Assembly (NCBI GenBank): GCA_963804975.1
Contig: CAWDSG010000002.1
Location: 208,991-272,990 of the forward strand
From: an uncultured bacterium
GTDB taxonomy: Bacteria > Patescibacteriota > Minisyncoccia > Phycocordibacterales > GWA1-40-21
Length of the DNA stretch: 64,000 nucleotides
Direction of reading: 5' to 3'
The notes beneath the pieces are model-generated. The model saw only the letters and a list, made by a program, of their open reading frames with translations, searched no databases and was not told the origin of the DNA. This document shows, one piece after another, positions 10,380 through 19,647 of this stretch (within the stretch, counting starts at the first letter, position 1; each line of letters begins with the position of its first letter). The translations under genes and the position numbers were made by a program.

Positions 10380-12308
10380 ATGAAAGTATCTTACAATTGG
10401 CTCAATGAATTTTTAAAAGGAAAGGCGCCCAAACCGGAAAAACTGGCCGATCTTTTGACTATGCATTCAATGGATGTTGAAGGAATAGAAAAAGTCGGCA
10501 GTGATTTTGTCATAGATGCAAAAACCACTCCGAATCTGAATCATTACTGTCTGTGCCATAGAGGAATTGCAAGAGAGATTGCCGCCATAATCAATATTAA
10601 ACCGGAAAAATATTCAAGAATATTCAAGGATTATGAAATATCCGGAACATCAAAAAAACTTTCCGTGGAAATCGCCGATAAGAAACTCTGCAGAAGATAT
10701 ATCGGCAGGGCAGTCGAGAATATAAAAGTTGGCCCATCGCCGGAATGGCTCAGAAAAAAACTTGAGATATTAGGCCAAAGATCAATCAATAATATCGTTG
10801 ACGCCACAAATTTTGTAATGCTTGAAATCGGCCAGCCATTGCATGCTTTTGATGCCGATAAGCTTAGATCAAACAAAATTGTCGTGAAGAATGCTGTTTC
10901 CGGCCAAAAAATAACGACGCTTGATAGGAAAAATGTTGAACTCGATGAAAGTGTCATCCTTATTACCGACGGCCAGAATCCTTTGGCGATTGCCGGCATC
11001 AAAGGCGGAACATATGCCGAACTTGGCGATACGACAACCGATATCGTTCTTGAATCGGCAAATTTTGATCCAATTTTGATAAGAAAAACCGCGCAAAATA
11101 TAAAAATTCAGACGGAAGCATCAAGAAGATATGAAAATGATTTGACGCCGGAACTCTGCTTGGAAGCAATGGATATTCTGACAAAACTTATAGTGGAAAT
11201 CGCCGGCACAAAAGATACGAAAGTCGGTGAAATAGTTGATAATTATCCAAACAAAGCCGAAAAATATAAACTTGGCATCACGGCCGAAGAAGCAAGCGAT
11301 ATTATCGGCGTTAAAATATCCGGCAAAGACATCGAAAAAATTTTTGACAGATTCGGATTTGAATGGAAAAAGGAAGGAGATGAAATTGTCATTGCTGTGC
11401 CCAATGAACGTCTTGATCTTAGGATCAAAGAAGATTTAGCCGAAGAAATAGGAAGGATTTATGGCTATGAAAAAATAAAAGATATTAAAATACCAAAACC
11501 GGAAAAAACTGCCGGAATAGACAAAGGATTTGCATATAAGGAAAAAATCAGAGAAATTTTTTATGATCAAGGTTTTTCGGAAGTGATGAATTATACATTC
11601 AGAGACAGAGGTAATACGGAAATCGCAAATCCTATGTCTCCGGAGAAAAAATTTTTAAGAATGAATCTTACCGACGGCTTGAAAGAGTCGCTAGAATTTA
11701 ATGCCAGATACTCGGAGCTTGTTGATATGCCGCAGATAAGAATTTTTGAATTCGGCCATGTTTTCCCGGAAAGCGGCGAACAGGATAATTTTGCAACCGG
11801 TGTGAAAAATCCTCTCGGTTTGAAAACTCCGAAAGAAAAAGACATTTTGGAGCTGGCAATAAAAGCGCTTTCAGAAAATTTTAGCATTGAATTTCCCAGA
11901 ATAAATAAAGAAGAAAATATCGCCGAATTTGATTTTACAAAAATTCTTGAAAAACTACCCGAACTTAAAGAGTATGATTTATCGGAAATGGGGAATAAAA
12001 ACGCCAAATTCAAGAAGATTTCCCAGTATCCGTATATGATCCGAGATATCGCCGTATTTGTACCGGAAAATATAAAAGCCGAAAAGGTGCTTGAGATAAT
12101 TTTGCAAAATACCGGAGAGCTTATGATAAAAAACCGGCTTTTTGACGTATTCACAAAAAAATTCCCCGATGGTTCCGCAAAAATTTCCTATGCATTTCGT
12201 CTTATATTCCAATCATTTGAAAGAACTTTATCTGATGAAGAAGTCAACGCGATAATGAAAAAAATAGCCGATAAAATGAATAAAAATTCCGGCTGGCAGG
12301 TAAGATAA
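10380..12308 (+). CDS. pheT: phenylalanine--tRNA ligase beta subunit (short)
   Basis: MKVSYNWL, NNIVDATNFVMLEIGQPLHAFD, EDLAEEIGRIYGY, C-terminal anticodon-binding domain. Confidence 0.95.
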   Translation: MKVSYNWLNEFLKGKAPKPEKLADLLTMHSMDVEGIEKVGSDFVIDAKTTPNLNHYCLCHRGIAREIAAIINIKPEKYSRIFKDYEISGTSKKLSVEIADKKLCRRYIGRAVENIKVGPSPEWLRKKLEILGQRSINNIVDATNFVMLEIGQPLHAFDADKLRSNKIVVKNAVSGQKITTLDRKNVELDESVILITDGQNPLAIAGIKGGTYAELGDTTTDIVLESANFDPILIRKTAQNIKIQTEASRRYENDLTPELCLEAMDILTKLIVEIAGTKDTKVGEIVDNYPNKAEKYKLGITAEEASDIIGVKISGKDIEKIFDRFGFEWKKEGDEIVIAVPNERLDLRIKEDLAEEIGRIYGYEKIKDIKIPKPEKTAGIDKGFAYKEKIREIFYDQGFSEVMNYTFRDRGNTEIANPMSPEKKFLRMNLTDGLKESLEFNARYSELVDMPQIRIFEFGHVFPESGEQDNFATGVKNPLGLKTPKEKDILELAIKALSENFSIEFPRINKEENIAEFDFTKILEKLPELKEYDLSEMGNKNAKFKKISQYPYMIRDIAVFVPENIKAEKVLEIILQNTGELMIKNRLFDVFTKKFPDGSAKISYAFRLIFQSFERTLSDEEVNAIMKKIADKMNKNSGWQVR

Positions 12309-12314
12309 AAATGT

Positions 12315-12974
12315 ATGGGACAAATTGTAAAAAATCTGCCGAAAAGCGCGTGGAATGAGGTTATTGTTCATGAAAATAATGAGCCAATAATAACTCTGCA
12401 TGAAACAGATAAATTAATTTTTTGGGGAAAATTATCGTCATTTTCTGTAAATGAATATAAGGTAAGAAAAACAATCGCTAATATGCTGTATAAAGTTTCT
12501 GAAATTTTGCCAGAGAAATATAAATTAGTGATTATTGAAGGAGTTCGCTCATTATCAAAACAGAAAAAACAATGGGATGATAAAATTGAAGAATTAAAAA
12601 AATTATATCCTGATTTATCAAAGGAAGAAGTTGAACATAAAGCCGGATTGGAAAACGCGAGGCCAACTCCGCTTGCAAACCATAACTGCGGCGGAGCTGT
12701 TGATGTCGCTTTGGCTTACGTAGACGGTGTGCTTGTTGATATGGGAACATTGCCGCAATCTTCAACGCATGAAAAAGAAAAATTAGAAATGTTTTCTTTG
12801 TTTATAACAGAAAAACAAAAACATAACAGAAAAATTCTTCGCGATGCGATGGTAGAAATCGGCTTTATCTGGTATCCGGGAGAATGGTGGCATTATTGCT
12901 ATGGCGATCGAATGTGGGCCGTGTATTCAGGCAGAACAGAATGCTTTTATGGTCCACTAGAATCTGACAAATAA
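12315..12974 (+). CDS. D-Ala-D-Ala dipeptidase (M15/VanX-like)
   Basis: HNCGGAVD and EWWHY motifs. Confidence 0.85.
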   Translation: MGQIVKNLPKSAWNEVIVHENNEPIITLHETDKLIFWGKLSSFSVNEYKVRKTIANMLYKVSEILPEKYKLVIIEGVRSLSKQKKQWDDKIEELKKLYPDLSKEEVEHKAGLENARPTPLANHNCGGAVDVALAYVDGVLVDMGTLPQSSTHEKEKLEMFSLFITEKQKHNRKILRDAMVEIGFIWYPGEWWHYCYGDRMWAVYSGRTECFYGPLESDK

Positions 12975-13041
12975 TAAAAAAATACCAAACCTCTGTAGTG
13001 CATAATGTAGAGGTTTGGTATATGTTTGGGTATATTGTTTT

Positions 13042-13254
13042 TTAGGAAAGAGCTTGCCAACGACGATGCAACAATTCGCTGATATCTTCCTTTGCGAGCT
13101 CTTTTCCTGCTTTTTGGCTAGCTTCGGTGGTAATCCTCATCAAAGCAATATCTGATATGCCATCTTTGCCTTTTTTGGATTTTTTCGCCCGTTTGATTAA
13201 TCCGTCCAATCTTTCGGTTATAAAACCTTCAACTGTGCCATCCGCTATTGCCAT
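13042..13254 (-). CDS. small orphan protein
   Basis: AAGGAG SD; hairpin 12982-13022 downstream. Confidence 0.55.
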   Translation of the reverse strand: MAIADGTVEGFITERLDGLIKRAKKSKKGKDGISDIALMRITTEASQKAGKELAKEDISELLHRRWQALS

Positions 13255-13502
13255 ATAATCGGCTCCTTTTTGTCAAAAATTTACCCAGAAAAAAACTGTA
13301 ACATAATATATTTAGCTTTGCAAACATAAAGCAACATTTAATTACACTGGTGCCGTAATGTCTTTTGTTTAGGCCATTTAATCCACATATTAATCGCCAA
13401 TTTTTGTTTCCTTTTATGCTTTAAAAATGCTATAATTCAGGCATAAAAAGCCATCATACCTTCGGTAGATCTGCCATAGGCACGATAAGCTGTTTTAATT
13501 TT

Positions 13503-15593
13503 ATGCCTAAAAACAAGGACAAAGAAGATATAAAGGAATCCGCGGGCGGGCACCATTATGATGCCAGTTCCATTCAGGTTCTTGAGGGCCTGGAGCCGGT
13601 CAGAAAGCGTCCCGGAATGTATATCGGCACCACCGGGCCGGAAGGCCTGCAGCATCTCGTTACGGAGATTTTTGACAATTCGCGCGATGAAGCGATGGGC
13701 GGTTTTTGCGATCATATTGAGATTGCGCTTCTGCCCGGAAATAAAGTGAGAGTGGCCGATAACGGCAGAGGCATTCCGGTTGATATTCATAAACAGACAA
13801 AAGTTTCCGCACTTGAGACGATTATGACTACGCTTCACGCTGGAGGAAAGTTCGGCGGGGAAGAAACGGGATATAAGGTCTCGGGAGGTCTTCACGGCGT
13901 CGGCGCTTCCGTTGTAAACGCTCTTTCCGTTTATATGAAAGCCGTCGTGTATAAGGACGGAGGAATTTATTTTCAGGAATATTCAAAAGGCAAGAAAAAA
14001 GCTACGGTTAAAAAGATCGGGAAAACGGACAAGCACGGCACGATAATCACTTTTGAACCGGATCCGGAAATTTTCAAAGAAGGGATATCTTTTGATTTTG
14101 AGGAAATCATTTCCCATATGAGGCAGCAGGCATATCTTGTTAAGGGTTTGAAAATTTCGATTTTGGACGCAAGGGAATTTTTGGGAAAAATTGATGATGA
14201 AGGAATATTTTATTTTTCGGAGCTTGGGCTTGAAGTTCCTTCCCAATCATTTTGTTTTGAAGGCGGACTTTTGTCGCTTGTAAAATTTTATAATCAATTC
14301 CAAAAGCCGATACACAAGAATATTTTTTATGTCGAGAAGAAAACATTAACCGTAGAGTCCGTGGAAATTTCTTTACAGTATGTTGACGATATTTCATCAA
14401 GAGTTATGGCATTTGCGAACAATATTTACAATCCGGAAGGCGGTATGCATGTCACGGGATTCAAAACGTCGCTTACAAGAAGCCTGAACAACTATGCCAG
14501 AAAAAATAATCTAGTGAAAGAAAACGAAGATAATTTTACCGGCGACGACGCACTTGAGGGTTTGACAGTCGTTATTTCGGTCAAGATCCGCGAACCTCAA
14601 TTTGAAGGGCAGACGAAAGCAAAACTAGGTTCTGTTGAAGCCAGGGGTGCGGTGGAGGAGGTCTTTGGAGAGGCATTTTCGGCCTTTCTTGAAGAAAATC
14701 CGGATGATGCAAGGTCTATAATATCCAAAGTTATTTTGGCCCTGAAAGCCAGAAAAGCGGCAAAGGCGGCAAAGGATTCCATACTCCGAAAGGGCGCTTT
14801 GGAGGGCATGACTTTGCCGGGCAAACTTGCGGATTGCCAGAGCAAAGACGCTTCGGAATCAGAGTTGTTTATCGTGGAGGGAGATTCTGCGGGCGGCACG
14901 GCGAAAATGGGGCGAAACAGAAAAACTCAGGCCATACTTCCGCTCCGGGGAAAAATCTTGAATATTGAAAGGGCGCGGCTTGATAAGATGCTTGATTCGG
15001 AACAGATTAAGAATTTGGTGGTTGCGCTTGGTACGGCAATCGGAGATACATTTGATATTCAGAATTTGAGATACCACAAAATAATAATAGCTACCGATGC
15101 CGATGTTGACGGCGCGCATATCCGCACACTTTTACTGACTTTATTTTACAGATATTTCAGGCCGCTTATCGACGGAGGACACATTTGTATTGCCCAGCCG
15201 CCGCTTTATAAAGTAAAAATCGGAAAAGACACGAATTATTTTTATGATGACAAGGAAAAAGAAGCTTTTTTCAAGAAAGAAAAAATTTCCGATACCGAAG
15301 TTGCTGAAATACCCGAAGAAACTTCCGAAGAAATTTCAACGGGCAAGGAGCCTCTTGAAGCTGGTAAAAAGATTCAAAAAGTTTCCGTACAAAGATATAA
15401 AGGTTTGGGAGAAATGAACGCCGAAGAACTCTGGGAAACGACCATGGATCCTGCGAGAAGAATGATGAAAAGAGTGACTGTGGAAAATGCCGAGAATGCC
15501 GACAAGATTTTTGAAATGCTCATGGGCACTGATGTTCCGGCAAGGAAAGCATTTATTCAATCAAACGCGAAGCTGGCGAATATTGATATTTAA
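13503..15593 (+). CDS. gyrB: DNA gyrase subunit B
   Basis: VRKRPGMYIG, SGGLHGVG, VEGDSAGG, DADVDG, QRYKGLGEM. Confidence 0.97.
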   Translation: MPKNKDKEDIKESAGGHHYDASSIQVLEGLEPVRKRPGMYIGTTGPEGLQHLVTEIFDNSRDEAMGGFCDHIEIALLPGNKVRVADNGRGIPVDIHKQTKVSALETIMTTLHAGGKFGGEETGYKVSGGLHGVGASVVNALSVYMKAVVYKDGGIYFQEYSKGKKKATVKKIGKTDKHGTIITFEPDPEIFKEGISFDFEEIISHMRQQAYLVKGLKISILDAREFLGKIDDEGIFYFSELGLEVPSQSFCFEGGLLSLVKFYNQFQKPIHKNIFYVEKKTLTVESVEISLQYVDDISSRVMAFANNIYNPEGGMHVTGFKTSLTRSLNNYARKNNLVKENEDNFTGDDALEGLTVVISVKIREPQFEGQTKAKLGSVEARGAVEEVFGEAFSAFLEENPDDARSIISKVILALKARKAAKAAKDSILRKGALEGMTLPGKLADCQSKDASESELFIVEGDSAGGTAKMGRNRKTQAILPLRGKILNIERARLDKMLDSEQIKNLVVALGTAIGDTFDIQNLRYHKIIIATDADVDGAHIRTLLLTLFYRYFRPLIDGGHICIAQPPLYKVKIGKDTNYFYDDKEKEAFFKKEKISDTEVAEIPEETSEEISTGKEPLEAGKKIQKVSVQRYKGLGEMNAEELWETTMDPARRMMKRVTVENAENADKIFEMLMGTDVPARKAFIQSNAKLANIDI

Positions 15594-15617
15594 AAACCCC
15601 GAGGTTTAACCTCGGGG
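15594..15617. repeat. palindrome/terminator identical to 47256-47279
   Basis: aaaccccgaggtttaacctcgggg right after gyrB stop. Confidence 0.85.
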
Positions 15618-15640
15618 TTTTTATCAACAGAGTTTATTTT

Positions 15641-16711
15641 TTAATACACCATAGCGCTACACTGAGTGGTAATCGTTTGTCCGTTTGAAGTGACAGCTAC
15701 ATTTGCGATTTTTTGGCCGGAAATGTAGTAGGTATGGGACACAGTGTTGTTTGTTGAATACAATCCGTCGGTTCCGGTCCAGTTGTAAGAGAAGTATCCA
15801 TTTCCGCCTGTTGCAGAAACAAACCAGTTTATTGTTCCGCCTGGATAAGTTGTCTGCGGATTGGCATAGCAAGTGGCATTGATATTTGTCCACGTATAGA
15901 TTGTGCCGTAGCCAAGCGTTGTTTGGACAGGGTAGACGCTTCCCGAATAATTCACATAGCCGCTGTTTCCGTAATAGCCGTTCGTATAATTCGTGCCTTC
16001 TATATTTATAGGAACTGTCAAAGAATTGTTGAATTTATTTGATTCGGCAACCAAACCCAACGGATCAACGGTTATATAACCTGTATTTATTCCTTGCGCA
16101 ACCGGGCTGTCAAAGCTTCCGGTAAAGACCATTTCATCACCCGGCCTTATTGATTGCTGATACGCCGAATCGTAATTCGGAGTTGTTCTTGAAGGCATGG
16201 TCAATCTGAGCGTCCAAGGGCCTGAAACATTCGTACCGATATTTCTGACTGCGAATTTTATTGCGACAGTATCGTTTGTGCCCGCATAAGGAGTTGCAAC
16301 GAACTGCCCTGAAGAATCAAGAACTCCGGTTCCGATCAAACTGATCGCCAAATCCGGCAAGCCATAATAACTCGGTGTGGCGGGAGCTGCGTATGTGTTG
16401 TATGTGTTATAGGTATTTGATGTTGAAGGCGCGGATGTTTTTGCTCCGCTTGTTGCCGGCTGTTCGGAATTTGCGTTTGTATTTTGTGAATTTGCGGAAG
16501 TTGATGTGGCGGGAATAAGAGTTGACGAAAGCGTGGTGGCTACGAAATTTGATCCGCTTGAAAAAAGAGCCGGAATCAATTTAAACGGTATCCAGATAAA
16601 AAGCGCGATCACGAGAATAATGCCGGCCGCTATGGCTGCCGTTATAAAATGATGTTTTGCAGTCATTGTTGGGACAACGTTGACTGTTTGTGGTGTTGTT
16701 TTGTCAGGCAT
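15641..16711 (-). CDS. membrane-anchored surface protein with CARDB/Ig-like and PKD-like domains
   Basis: TM helix, S/T linker, PDL...VRNIG...VDP...ESN..NN, YNWTG. Confidence 0.7.
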   Translation of the reverse strand: MPDKTTPQTVNVVPTMTAKHHFITAAIAAGIILVIALFIWIPFKLIPALFSSGSNFVATTLSSTLIPATSTSANSQNTNANSEQPATSGAKTSAPSTSNTYNTYNTYAAPATPSYYGLPDLAISLIGTGVLDSSGQFVATPYAGTNDTVAIKFAVRNIGTNVSGPWTLRLTMPSRTTPNYDSAYQQSIRPGDEMVFTGSFDSPVAQGINTGYITVDPLGLVAESNKFNNSLTVPINIEGTNYTNGYYGNSGYVNYSGSVYPVQTTLGYGTIYTWTNINATCYANPQTTYPGGTINWFVSATGGNGYFSYNWTGTDGLYSTNNTVSHTYYISGQKIANVAVTSNGQTITTQCSAMVY

Positions 16712-16817
16712 GATAATATTTGATAATAAATTATTAAATTTTTAGACAAAAGCATTATACACTACTTGACTTTTAATGTCAAGCTAGTATTATAAAGTAT
16801 ATAAAAATCGCCAAAAT

Positions 16818-17468
16818 ATGGAGGTAAATAAGGATAAAAACAAAATAGGCGTCAAAGAACTTATCTGGAAACACAAATTCCATTTTTTCCTCGATGTCAT
16901 CGTCATTTTTTTGATTACTTTCGCAATCTTGTACCTTTTTGGCCTGGTACCGAATGAATTCAACAGCACTATCGGCAGATATCCGGATAAAGAATCTGCT
17001 GGCAATCAAATTGGCGAGCTTCCTTTGACTTTGACAGCGCCGGAAGTCGGCATCAATACGGAGGTCTATAATCCGGACAGCACAAGCACGGAAGTTTTGG
17101 ACAGCTATCTTTTGAAAGGGGCGGTGCGATATCCCGGCTCCGGACTCCCGGGCGGAAGCGGAAATATTTTTATTTTCGGGCACAGCACCGGATTTAAAAT
17201 CGTGAATAATCAGGCGTTCAAGACCTTTGTCGGGCTTGATAAATTAAAAACAGGGGATCCGATCTATGTTTTTTCGGCAGGCAATGAATATATGTATAAA
17301 GTGCAATGGGTAAAATTGGAAACTGCCGACCAAGCGCTTGTTGTTTTTAATACGAAAGAAAATCTGCTTACAATTTCAACTTGCGACAGTTTTGGCGCAA
17401 AGGAGGACAGATATGTCGCACAGGCGCAATTTGTAAGCAGAGAACCATTACAGGCAAATACCAAATAA
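16818..17468 (+). CDS. sortase family protein
   Basis: TM anchor, GNIFIFGHS, LTISTC, downstream Arg. Confidence 0.85.
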   Translation: MEVNKDKNKIGVKELIWKHKFHFFLDVIVIFLITFAILYLFGLVPNEFNSTIGRYPDKESAGNQIGELPLTLTAPEVGINTEVYNPDSTSTEVLDSYLLKGAVRYPGSGLPGGSGNIFIFGHSTGFKIVNNQAFKTFVGLDKLKTGDPIYVFSAGNEYMYKVQWVKLETADQALVVFNTKENLLTISTCDSFGAKEDRYVAQAQFVSREPLQANTK

Positions 17469-17480
17469 TAATTTTATTTC

Positions 17481-19247
17481 CTATTTCCTATTTTCTTTTT
17501 CTTCTTTTATTTTTTTCAAAAAATCTTCAAGTTTCATCTGGCCGAGCGCTCCGCGGGCGCGCGATTCCACGGAAATCTTTTTCGCCTCAATATCTTTGTC
17601 GCCGATGATGATTGTGTAAGGAATTTTCATATTTTTTGCATCCCTGACTTTTCCGCCCATATTGCCTTCATTCGTATCGCAATCAACTCTGAAGCCGGCA
17701 TTTTTCAATTCCTTTGCAATTTTTTCCGCATGAGAATTGTGATTTTCCCTGACAGGCACAATTTTTATCTGAACGGGCGAAAGCCAAAGAGGAAAGTTGC
17801 CGGCATAGTGTTCTATGAGAAAGCCGACAAATCTTTCATGAGTTCCAAGCGGCGCTCTGTGGATGCAAAGCGGCGTTTCTTCTTTTCCTTCTTTATTTAT
17901 GTAGGTTAAGCCGAATCTTTTCGGCACCGCAAAATCCACCTGGTTTGTAGCGAGCGTGAATTCTCTGCCAATAGCGCTCCAAACCTGAACATCAATTTTC
18001 GGCCCATAAAATGCGGCTTCATTCGGTACTTCTATAAAAGGAATTTTTGAATCAACCAAAACTTTTCTGACCATTTTTTCCGTTTTCTCCCAAAGTTTCG
18101 GCTCGTTTACGAATTTTTCCCCGAGTTTTTTCGGGTTGTGAGTGGAAAATCTCATCACATATTTATCAATGCCGAATATCTTGAAATATTTCAAATACAT
18201 ATCGTTGACCGCTCTGAATTCATCCGCAAATTGTTCCTCAGCGCAATATATGTGAGCATCGTTCATGGAAAGCATCCTGACTCTCATAAGTCCGAAAAGC
18301 TCGCCAGATTTTTCATTCCTATAGCATGTTCCATATTCTGCAAGACGAATAGGCAAATCTTTATAGCTTCTTCTTTCACTGCCAAAAATTTTGTGATGAT
18401 GAGGGCAATTCATTGCCTTCAAGTAGTATTTCACGCCTTCAAGTTCCATTGGCGGATACATACTTTCGGCGTAATATGGCAAATGTCCGCTTGTGATATA
18501 CATTGATTCTTTTGCGATATGAGGAGTTCTGACTCTGACATATCCGCCATCACACTCGGTTTCTTTGGCCAGATTTTCCAGTTCATCAACTATTACCGTG
18601 CCGTTTGGAAGCCAAAGCGGAAGTCCTGGGCCGACATCTTCATCAAACATAAAGATTTTTAATTCTTTGCCAAGTTTTCTGTGGTCTCTTTTTTCCGCTT
18701 CTATCATTTGCTTTTCATAAACATCCAATTCTTCTTTTGTATTAAAAGCCAAACCGTAAATTCTGGTAAGCATTTTATTTTTCTCGTTTCCTTTCCAGTA
18801 TGCGCCGGCGATTCTTTCCAGTTTCCATGCGCTGTTTTTCAAATCGTCGATTTTTTCCACATGAGGTCCGGCGCAAAGATCCGTAAAATTTCCGGAAGTG
18901 TAAATCGTAATGACTTGTCCGTCTTTTGCATATTCTTTTATGAGTTCAAGCTTGTATGGATTTTCGGCAAAAAGTTTTTTTGCATCTTTTTCCGAAATTT
19001 CCGCTTTGTCAAAAGATTTCCACTTTTTCAAAAGTTCCCGCATTTTTTGTCCAATCCTTCCTAGATCCTTGTCGGTGATAGGTGTTGTAAAACCTGCCTG
19101 GCCGGTAGGCAGGTCAAAGTCATAATAAAAGCCGTTGTCTATCGCCGGGCCTGTGGCGATTTTCACGTCCGGATATAATTCCGTAACAGCCGCGCCAAGC
19201 AAATGGGCGAGGGAATGGCGTATTTTGAAAATCTTATTTTCATTCAT
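17481..19247 (-). CDS. thrS: threonine--tRNA ligase (no TGS domain)
   Basis: RHSLAH, RDHRKLG, AMNCP, AFYGPKID, HRAPLG. Confidence 0.97.
   Translation of the reverse strand: MNENKIFKIRHSLAHLLGAAVTELYPDVKIATGPAIDNGFYYDFDLPTGQAGFTTPITDKDLGRIGQKMRELLKKWKSFDKAEISEKDAKKLFAENPYKLELIKEYAKDGQVITIYTSGNFTDLCAGPHVEKIDDLKNSAWKLERIAGAYWKGNEKNKMLTRIYGLAFNTKEELDVYEKQMIEAEKRDHRKLGKELKIFMFDEDVGPGLPLWLPNGTVIVDELENLAKETECDGGYVRVRTPHIAKESMYITSGHLPYYAESMYPPMELEGVKYYLKAMNCPHHHKIFGSERRSYKDLPIRLAEYGTCYRNEKSGELFGLMRVRMLSMNDAHIYCAEEQFADEFRAVNDMYLKYFKIFGIDKYVMRFSTHNPKKLGEKFVNEPKLWEKTEKMVRKVLVDSKIPFIEVPNEAAFYGPKIDVQVWSAIGREFTLATNQVDFAVPKRFGLTYINKEGKEETPLCIHRAPLGTHERFVGFLIEHYAGNFPLWLSPVQIKIVPVRENHNSHAEKIAKELKNAGFRVDCDTNEGNMGGKVRDAKNMKIPYTIIIGDKDIEAKKISVESRARGALGQMKLEDFLKKIKEEKENRK
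19093..19113 (-). repeat. 21-bp in-frame palindromic element (LPTGQAG) in thrS
   Basis: Reverse complement of cctgcctaccggccaggcagg. Confidence 0.95.
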
Positions 19248-19379
19248 ATTTTCATTGTAGCAAAAATACGGCAAAAATCTATACCGGCGATTTGACTAAA
19301 ACAGGGAAACTGATAGTATAAAATCTGGATTTCCAAGAGGTCAGAGGCCTCTGAAACTAGTTTTTCAAGGAGTATAGAA

Positions 19380-19607
19380 ATGAAAAGGATAAATAAAAAT
19401 CCGATAGTGCTTTTGGTAACTAATACTGATGTTCTTCGTAAACGCCAAGTCATACGCCGTGTTCTCAATACGCCACCCCATGTTTTAAAAGAGGCAATGC
19501 AACTTAGTTTAACGGTTAAAAATTGCTTCTTTGAGGTGCTGAATGATAAGGTTTTTGCCAAAGAAGAAAAGCTCATAGCTCATATTAAAGCGGCCTTGGA
19601 AGCTTAA
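19380..19607 (+). CDS. small orphan protein
   Basis: TTGACT/TAGTAT promoter, AAGGAG SD, terminator 19617-19648. Confidence 0.6.
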   Translation: MKRINKNPIVLLVTNTDVLRKRQVIRRVLNTPPHVLKEAMQLSLTVKNCFFEVLNDKVFAKEEKLIAHIKAALEA

Positions 19608-19647
19608 TGATTTTTTAAAAACCGCCCAGTTTCAATCGGGCGGTTTT

